From Rhodothermales bacterium (GTDB taxonomy: Bacteria; Bacteroidota; Rhodothermia; Rhodothermales; UBA10348), in NCBI GenBank assembly GCA_029249345.1, contig JAQWHM010000017.1, positions 262,456-326,455 on the forward strand: 64,000 nucleotides of DNA. The letters run 5' to 3'. Made by a program: the position numbers and the translations under genes. The stretch's first letter is position 1; every line of letters begins with the position of its first letter. The notes below the pieces were generated by a model. The model made no database searches. It was not told the DNA's origin and saw nothing but the letters and a program-made list of their open reading frames with translations. Of the stretch, positions 57,458 through 64,000 are shown in pieces.

Positions 57458-60400
57458 ATGTCCAGTAGCACGACCCAACTGGTGGAGTTTATCCACCGAA
57501 AACTGAAAGCAACACGTCTTCGGTTGCTCCAAGTAAGCCTGTTCAGTGGCGCGTTACTTCTCATTGGTTCATTTTCGGCCTTGTGGTTCATTTCCGCATC
57601 GCTTGAGTCCTTTTTCTGGTTTGCTCCAACCGTGCGCTGGGGACTACTGATATTCGCCGGTTTAGGCCTTCTCATTGTCTTTTCCCGATTTGTTCTTCTA
57701 CCCGTTCTAATTAACGCTGGTCTCTTATCTGGAGGGGAAAATGAGACGCTTGCCAAGAAAATCGGCCATTCGTTTCCTGAGGTAGAAGATCGACTACTGA
57801 ATCTGCTACAGCTCTCCGAGGGAAGTCATAGCTCCTCTCCTGAGCCTTTTGTGGACTCTGCACTCCAAAAACTTGGTGAGCCACTCAAAAGTGTTCCTTT
57901 TGAAGAGATCGTTTCCTGGAAAGAGACGCGAAAGGTTGGGCTTTGGGCTATCAGCCCAGTACTTCTTCTACTGGTTTTCCTGCTTGCCGCACCCGGTTCC
58001 TTTTTCTCCGCTACTACTCGTCTTACAAGCCCAACTACGGAATTTGAACGTCCTGCGCCTTTTTCTTTCGCTGTTTTACCTGGCGACACAGAAATCGTGA
58101 TCGGTGAAGACCTAAAAGTTTCCATTTCTATCTCGGGTGACTATGCAGATACCCAGCCTGTACTTGAATCGTTGGTGGACGGTGAAATGCGGTCCAGGTT
58201 CATCAATCTGACGGAAGACTCCACGGGTTCGCTGAGTCATTTATACAGAAGCATTCGGCAACCCTTCAGATATCGCGTTTCCGGTGGTGGTTTAGCCAGT
58301 CCTTGGTTTACGGTCGAAGTCGTTGAGCGTCCATTGGTACAGGAATTGAATCTGCGTATTTCCTACCCGTCCTACACCCGAATTCCCGACCAACGGCTAG
58401 CTTCCAATGTGGGCGACGTAGTTGCACTCGGTGGAAGCCGTGTTGATCTCACTGTTTCTGTTGCAGGGGCTCGCGCGGAAAGAGCTGTCCTAGCATTTGA
58501 AAGTGGAATCAATACCGAAATGGAGCTCGACGGCCTTTCCGCGCGAGCCTCATTCACCGTCAGATCGAATGATCGCTACAAAGTGCGTCTTTATTCCGCA
58601 GGCGACATCCAAAACTTAGATCCGATCTCCTATTCAATCGAGACGCTTTCTGACTCGTCGCCAACGGCCACGTTATTATCGCCTGCCGCTTTGGTCGACC
58701 TCTCTGATGAGATGCATGTTTTTCTGCTTACCCACATCACAGATGATTTTGGGTTTCGCAACATGACACTTAACTATCGACTCTCCGATAGTCGATTTGG
58801 CAACGTTTCTGAGACGTTTACCACGTACCCTCTCCCCGCTCCAGATCCTTTTGCGTTAGATCAAGAAATCCCCTTCGATTGGTACCTCAACCGGGAAACA
58901 GGTCTTGACCCCGTACCTGGCGATATGTTTGAATATTACATTCAAGTTTGGGACAATGATGCCGTCTCTGGGTACAAATCTGCCCAGACCAGAGTTTTCC
59001 AACTCCGCTTCCCCTCCCTCGCAGAGCAATTCAAAGATCTAGATAACTCCCAAGATCGCACCGAGGACTCCATTGAGAAGATGCTCGAAAAGGCCGACGC
59101 GGTCAGAGAGCAGTTTGAGGAATTGAAGGAAGATCTCATTCAAAAACCAGAAGCAGAATGGGAAGATGAACGCGCACTTGACCAGCTGCAAGAACGTCAG
59201 GAGGAAATGGAAAATGCCGTTGATGAGATCAGCCAGCAAATGGAGGATCTGGCCGAACAGATGAACAACAACGATCTGGTATCGGACGAGACGATGAGCA
59301 TGTTCGAAGAACTTCAAGAGGTAGTAGACGAAGTTCGGACGCCCGAGTTAATGGACGCGCTTGAGCAATTGGAATCTGCAATCGACAACATGGACTTGAA
59401 TGAGATGCAGGATGCCCTCGAAAAATTTGAGTTCTCCGAGGACATGTATTCCGAAAGACTGGAGCGAACGCTGGACCTGTTCAAACAATTTAGAGTCCAG
59501 CAGGACATGGATGAAGTCGAACAACGAGCAGAGGATCTCGCAGAAACTGAAGACAAATTAGCTGAGGAGACCGCCAAACTCGAAAACGAACAACAAGAGC
59601 CTGAGGAGGCCGCGGGCGACAATGAGGATGCAGATGAACGTCGTGAGGAGTTAGCTGAGCAACAGGAAATGGCGGCCGAAGAAATGCAAGCCCTCGAAGA
59701 TAAGATGGAAGAAGTGCTGGAGCGCATGGAAGAGCTGAAAAACATGCCATCCGAACAGATGCAGGACTTGATGGAAGACACGCAGGACGAGCAACTCTCT
59801 CAAAAAATGCAGGAAAATGCTGAAGAGGTGAAAGAAGGCGACCTTGGCGAGGCATCTCAGCAACAGCAGGAAATGTCCGAGCAGTTGGGCCAGCTCTCAT
59901 CGGATATGAACCAGATGCAGATGAACATGCAGGGTGCTCAGATGCAACTCAATATTGCCGCCATACGTGCTGCGGTCGAGGACATCCTTGTGCTGTCAGA
60001 TCAACAAGAAAGTCTACGTCTTGATGTAATTCAATTATCTGCAGAGTCCCCTCTTTTAAGAACCTCGGCACAAGCACAGGTAAATCTGGCCGAGGGTCTA
60101 AGTATGGTCTCGGATTCATTACAGAGCATTGCCAAAGAAGTGCCGCAAATGACTCGCGATATTCAGCAGCGGGCTGGTGATGCGATGCGAGAGATGGGAG
60201 ATGCTACGCTGGCTCTTACCGAGCGAGCCGCCAGACGAGCCGGTGGTCATCAGAAAGGTGCTATGACCAATCTCAATGAACTCGCGCTCATGCTGTCTGA
60301 ATTACTTAATCAGCAGATGAACGGGTCCGGAGCTGGGCAAAGCAATATGTCTATGGAAGAGATGATGGAGCAGTTGCAGCAAATGGGCCAGCAACAGCAG

Positions 60401-60901
60401 CAAATCAATCAGCAGATTCAACAGCTTCTGAATGACATGCAAGGCAGTCGACTCACTTCCGATATGATGGAGCGTTTGCGCCAACTGGGAAGCCAGCAGG
60501 AGAAAATGCGGGGGGATCTTCGAAAAATGAATAGGGAGAAAGGCGCTCGTAATAAGGTGCTGGGAGATTTGAATCGTATTGCAGACCAGATGATGGAGAG
60601 TATCGAGGAGCTACAGCAAAACCGAGTCTCCCGACGTACCGTGCAGCGTCAGAATCAAATTCTCACCCGATTACTTGAAGCATCAAGGTCCCTTGAGAAG
60701 CGCGGAGAAGAGAAGAAGCGTAAAGGCAAAACCGCTGAAGAAATTCTGAGGCAAAGCCCCGCAGATTTGCAGCCTTCTGAGCAAATGGAACGGTTGCGCC
60801 GAGACCTTATTAGAGCTCTAGAAACAGGCTACTCTTCGGATTACGAATCTTTGATTAGACGGTACTTCGAAATGCTTCAAACAGAGAGCCGGGATCAGTA
60901 G
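57458..60901 (+). CDS. large membrane-anchored coiled-coil protein (DUF4175-like, tentative)
   Basis: 1147 aa. N-terminal TM segments, a beta-rich central region, then ~450 aa of E/D/Q/M-rich heptad-like sequence (e.g. QQMGQQQQQINQQIQQLLNDMQG). Confidence 0.7.
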   Translation: MSSSTTQLVEFIHRKLKATRLRLLQVSLFSGALLLIGSFSALWFISASLESFFWFAPTVRWGLLIFAGLGLLIVFSRFVLLPVLINAGLLSGGENETLAKKIGHSFPEVEDRLLNLLQLSEGSHSSSPEPFVDSALQKLGEPLKSVPFEEIVSWKETRKVGLWAISPVLLLLVFLLAAPGSFFSATTRLTSPTTEFERPAPFSFAVLPGDTEIVIGEDLKVSISISGDYADTQPVLESLVDGEMRSRFINLTEDSTGSLSHLYRSIRQPFRYRVSGGGLASPWFTVEVVERPLVQELNLRISYPSYTRIPDQRLASNVGDVVALGGSRVDLTVSVAGARAERAVLAFESGINTEMELDGLSARASFTVRSNDRYKVRLYSAGDIQNLDPISYSIETLSDSSPTATLLSPAALVDLSDEMHVFLLTHITDDFGFRNMTLNYRLSDSRFGNVSETFTTYPLPAPDPFALDQEIPFDWYLNRETGLDPVPGDMFEYYIQVWDNDAVSGYKSAQTRVFQLRFPSLAEQFKDLDNSQDRTEDSIEKMLEKADAVREQFEELKEDLIQKPEAEWEDERALDQLQERQEEMENAVDEISQQMEDLAEQMNNNDLVSDETMSMFEELQEVVDEVRTPELMDALEQLESAIDNMDLNEMQDALEKFEFSEDMYSERLERTLDLFKQFRVQQDMDEVEQRAEDLAETEDKLAEETAKLENEQQEPEEAAGDNEDADERREELAEQQEMAAEEMQALEDKMEEVLERMEELKNMPSEQMQDLMEDTQDEQLSQKMQENAEEVKEGDLGEASQQQQEMSEQLGQLSSDMNQMQMNMQGAQMQLNIAAIRAAVEDILVLSDQQESLRLDVIQLSAESPLLRTSAQAQVNLAEGLSMVSDSLQSIAKEVPQMTRDIQQRAGDAMREMGDATLALTERAARRAGGHQKGAMTNLNELALMLSELLNQQMNGSGAGQSNMSMEEMMEQLQQMGQQQQQINQQIQQLLNDMQGSRLTSDMMERLRQLGSQQEKMRGDLRKMNREKGARNKVLGDLNRIADQMMESIEELQQNRVSRRTVQRQNQILTRLLEASRSLEKRGEEKKRKGKTAEEILRQSPADLQPSEQMERLRRDLIRALETGYSSDYESLIRRYFEMLQTESRDQ

Positions 60902-60909
60902 ACACGATC

Positions 60910-61311
60910 TCAAATGAAGCGTGCGCGCGTTTCCGGTGTTGGCATCCGGCAAACATCCTGCTTCCCGAACCACTTGTACCTATTTCTGGCGATCCAGTTA
61001 TATACTGGATTCCTTATGATTTCGGGGATAATGATAAACCCATACATCAACGGCCAAGCTCCGCTTAGCCTACGTGCCACACGTAACGCAGCCGTTGAAT
61101 TCGTGTAGACCACGCCGCCTTCTAACAAAACAATAGAATCCAGGTAGTCTCCCGATAGGTTGTAGTTCTTCAGTAAAGCCATTCCCTCATCAGATTGAAG
61201 CGCACCGAACTTAAAATGGCGTTTCAGATCCCGATCGAGAATAAAATTGACGCTAGCGTTGCACAGATTGCACACTCCATCAAATAGTATGACTGCTGAC
61301 TCTGAATGCAC
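60910..61311 (-). CDS. thiol-disulfide oxidoreductase DCC family protein (DUF393)
   Basis: ILFDGVCNLCNASVNFILDRD N-terminal C-x-x-C motif typical of the DCC family. Confidence 0.8.
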   Translation of the reverse strand: MHSESAVILFDGVCNLCNASVNFILDRDLKRHFKFGALQSDEGMALLKNYNLSGDYLDSIVLLEGGVVYTNSTAALRVARRLSGAWPLMYGFIIIPEIIRNPVYNWIARNRYKWFGKQDVCRMPTPETRARFI

Positions 61312-61656
61312 CGGAATAATAGGATTTATGAGGTTTCGGCATTGAGTTGCCCGAAACGGATTGGCGTTACAAAGGCTTCAAAAGCTACACAAAATCCTCA
61401 CTACCTACACATATTGCCGAAACTTGACGCTTCTAGTCTTGAAAAAACAATGACATATTGGTAAATTAAGGGTTCTGTCAATTTTTGAAGATTGCGATTC
61501 GAGTCGCGTCCTTGAGGATGGCCAGTACCCACCGACCGGGAAAAGAGGTGATTGGCGTGCGCATTTTGACCAGTTCAGAATGGCAATCCGCCCTCTCGCA
61601 CCGTGTCATAAAGATGTTTCTCCCGTCAACAAAGTGACACAGAAATGGCCGACGCG

Positions 61657-62415
61657 ATGAGGATTCTGTTTATTTCCGGAGAAGTATCCCCTTTTTCCGA
61701 CACTAGCGAAGCAGCTGGGCTTGTTCGTTCTCTCCCAGAGGCATTGCATGAATCCGGTCGATTTGAGACCCGAATCATGATGCCCCGTTACGGGACAGTG
61801 AGTGAACGCAAAAACAGGCTTCACGAAGTCATTCGACTTTCAGGCAGTGAGATCACGCTGGGAGATCGAACGGAAATGCTGCGTGTCAAAGTAGCTTCAA
61901 TTCCTGGTATTCGTCTCCAGGTCTATTTCATGGACAATGACTACTACTTCAAGCGGAAAGGCATCTTTGCTGACCGCCAAGGCGTCATGTTCGAAGACAA
62001 CCTTCAACGTTCGGCATTTTACGCCCGCAGCGTGATCCGTACTATTCGCAATCTAGGTTGGAAGCCGGATTTAGTGCACTCATTCGGATGGTTAAGTGGA
62101 CTCGTCCCATACGTTCTGCGTACCGAGTTCAACGAAGATGACCTATTTAAGGAAGCTAAAATCGTCTATACACCCGAAGAGGTTGATTTCGATACCCGCT
62201 TTGAGCAGGCCTCGTTTGATCATCTAACGATGGCTCCTCACGATGACTTAATTGGTGGTTCACCTGTTGAGGCTGGAATACGCTTCGCTGATGCGACCAT
62301 CCTACCTCCTTCGATGGCCAGTTCCTCTCAGGCCTCTTTCTCTGGCGTGGCTGAAACTGAAATGGATGAGGCTGTAGCGGTGTACGAAAAGGTTCTGGCT
62401 GGAATTCCTGCCTGA
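61657..62415 (+). CDS. short glycogen/starch-synthase N-terminal-domain-only protein (GlgA-like)
   Basis: MRILFISGEVSPFSDTSEAAGLVRSLPEAL matches the GlgA N-terminus (Glyco_transf_5 pattern). The ORF is only ~250 aa and lacks the C-terminal GT-B half. ATG 61657 or 61645. Confidence 0.75.
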   Translation: MRILFISGEVSPFSDTSEAAGLVRSLPEALHESGRFETRIMMPRYGTVSERKNRLHEVIRLSGSEITLGDRTEMLRVKVASIPGIRLQVYFMDNDYYFKRKGIFADRQGVMFEDNLQRSAFYARSVIRTIRNLGWKPDLVHSFGWLSGLVPYVLRTEFNEDDLFKEAKIVYTPEEVDFDTRFEQASFDHLTMAPHDDLIGGSPVEAGIRFADATILPPSMASSSQASFSGVAETEMDEAVAVYEKVLAGIPA

Positions 62416-62684
62416 TTGACTTTTCAAGAAGACGTTGATTTCTACCCTACATGGAAGAAACAACTGGATTGAAGGAGGCATACACCTACGCTATATCTAT
62501 CGGAGCTAAGCTCCGTTGGTTCAACTCTGCACGGAACACACTACAATTTGCGTTTTGGTACACTTCAATCGAAGCGTTGGTATACGAAATGTGGCTCGGG
62601 TCCCGTTGAGAGAAGAAAACGGTAAATACAATCAGATCTAAACCTACGGTCCACGACCAGGCCAGTCATACAACGCGAGACGGA

Positions 62685-63857
62685 ATGCCCGGCAAATCAC
62701 TTCTACGCTCTTCTTTTCTAGGGCTTATCGCTATCGTATTTCTGCTTGCAGGATGCGATGATCCATCAACGGTTGGTATGGGACTTGTTGAATCCCAAGC
62801 GGGAGACCCGGAAGTTTCTACGCTAAGCGCAACGTTATCCAACTCCGATGGTCTAGCTGATATGACCGGTGGCACACAACAGTCGGGAGCATTTAGAGCC
62901 CTTTTTGGGCAAGTTGATGACCCAGTAGCTGGACCATTTTCAATGACGGGTGTAATGGATTTTGTCCCAGGTTCGGATGTTGATACCGCTTTCAAGGTTA
63001 CATCTGTTGAATTTGCCGAGCTCCTTTTGAATCTAGATTACGTCTATGGAGATACCACCCTCGATTTGACATTGAATGTCTATGAAGTGGACCAAGCGTG
63101 GGACGCGGTGAATGCCAGAGCAGACACCTTTATTGTGGCCCGATCGCTGGTAACGACCGTTACTTTCACCCCAGAGCCAGGAATGATTCGAATTGAACTT
63201 CCAACGGAATGGGTAAATGATCACGATGCAGATTTGAGAAGCGATTCGTTCGCGGATGAATTCCATGGCTTTTCGTTCCAAGTATCGGACGGAAATGCCA
63301 TCGGTGGTATTCACTTAAGCTCCTCTGAATTGAGAGCTTCATCCGTACCTGGAGACACCGTTGGGTTTCCTCTGTCCAAGGTCCTGTCTACCTCTTCCCT
63401 TCAAGATGGTCCGCAGAACAGCGACTTGTTTGTGTTAAGAGATGGAGCTGCAGAAGCTGCTTCCCTGAACATCCCTATTGATCCAGACTTGTTTGGACAA
63501 GCTGCTATACACAGATCTATTCTTCGTTTGGACGTAGATGACCTCACCGGATTGTATCCAGTTGGATTTAATCGCCCGGGGCTGGCAGAGGTCGGCCTTA
63601 GAGCAGTCGCTGAAGACAATGAAACGCGTTTGGATGTGCTTGAAGTAGCCGTTACGGAAGATGGCCCGCTGTCGTTCGAATCAGATGCTCTGGCCAATAT
63701 TTTGCAAAGCGCCAATCTGGGTAATTCTGGATTGGATCGGTTTGAGCTTTACATACCCAACGAGTCTAGCACCGTGGACTTCGTTGCTATCAGATCAGGA
63801 ACGCCCCAGAACATGGGCCCTCGCGCGATCATCACATTTACCCCTCTGAACCGATGA
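62685..63857 (+). CDS. DUF4270-like lipoprotein (tentative)
   Basis: Lipobox LLAGCDD. I recall DUF4270 genes following the short GlgA-like gene in Bacteroidota, hence the family guess. No catalytic motifs seen. Confidence 0.5.
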   Translation: MPGKSLLRSSFLGLIAIVFLLAGCDDPSTVGMGLVESQAGDPEVSTLSATLSNSDGLADMTGGTQQSGAFRALFGQVDDPVAGPFSMTGVMDFVPGSDVDTAFKVTSVEFAELLLNLDYVYGDTTLDLTLNVYEVDQAWDAVNARADTFIVARSLVTTVTFTPEPGMIRIELPTEWVNDHDADLRSDSFADEFHGFSFQVSDGNAIGGIHLSSSELRASSVPGDTVGFPLSKVLSTSSLQDGPQNSDLFVLRDGAAEAASLNIPIDPDLFGQAAIHRSILRLDVDDLTGLYPVGFNRPGLAEVGLRAVAEDNETRLDVLEVAVTEDGPLSFESDALANILQSANLGNSGLDRFELYIPNESSTVDFVAIRSGTPQNMGPRAIITFTPLNR

Positions 63858-64000
63858 TCACATCCACTCTAAACGTGCACTTTCACAAAGGTATGCGAAT
63901 CATAACCGTGGGCTTACTGGCCTTGGTCACATTAGTAGGCCTACCTAAAGCTACTAGTGCTCAAAGCCAGAATGACGGATCCATTTATTCACGATTTGGC
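63854..64000 (+). CDS. 5' part of a secreted/outer-membrane protein (runs off window)
   Basis: ATG overlaps the upstream stop (ATGA). Signal peptide MRIITVGLLALVTLVGLPKATSAQ, then SIYSRFG. The ORF is open to the window end. Confidence 0.4.
   Translation, partial: MITSTLNVHFHKGMRIITVGLLALVTLVGLPKATSAQSQNDGSIYSRFG

Noticed and set aside
59314-59900. Several long minus-strand ORFs (155 aa, 136 aa, 70 aa) with Ser/Cys/Ala-rich low-complexity translations
   Set aside because: They lie antisense to the GAA/GAG/CAG-rich coiled-coil region of the 1147-aa gene. Open antisense frames are an expected artefact of that codon composition.
1-64000. CRISPR arrays, IS elements, prophage, toxin-antitoxin or known defence-system genes
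   Set aside because: Scanning the ORF translations and intergenic regions showed no repeat-spacer arrays, transposases, recombinases, reverse transcriptases or recognisable defence or TA modules. The window is core-genome-like.

Overview
Dense, mostly housekeeping chromosomal window: about 60 protein genes and 3 tRNA genes (Phe-GAA, Asp-GTC, Gly-GCC). I saw no rRNA, CRISPR array, transposase, integrase or phage genes. The gene content points, by inference only, to an FCB-group bacterium (Bacteroidota, Balneolota or Rhodothermota-like). That content includes a dxr-rseP-uppS-bamA-skp-skp block, a T9SS type-A C-terminal sorting domain, a short GlgA-like gene followed by a DUF4270-like lipoprotein, ExbBD, a TonB-dependent receptor, and many lipobox lipoproteins. 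All family calls come from motif recognition by eye in the supplied translations; no searches were run. Leads worth a second look: (1) a 321-aa NYN/LabA-like protein whose catalytic acidic residues are mostly replaced, carrying an acidic tail, sits between hslV and hslU. (2) hslU is followed, with stop/start overlaps, by a four-gene envelope-modification cassette: FemAB-like acyltransferase, GT-C-like membrane protein, Wzx-like flippase and an EEP lipoprotein. (3) A GH13 pullulanase gene is interrupted by an in-frame TAG and overlaps the odd 3' tail of an upstream beta-helix repeat gene, which may be a deletion scar. (4) A multicopper oxidase is split into two overlapping ORFs, lacks its middle part, and has lost two copper-ligand histidines. 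(5) A DUF1501-like protein carries both a twin-arginine signal and a T9SS C-terminal domain, next to a signal-less DUF1800-like partner. None of these is proven novel; each needs database and read-level checks.
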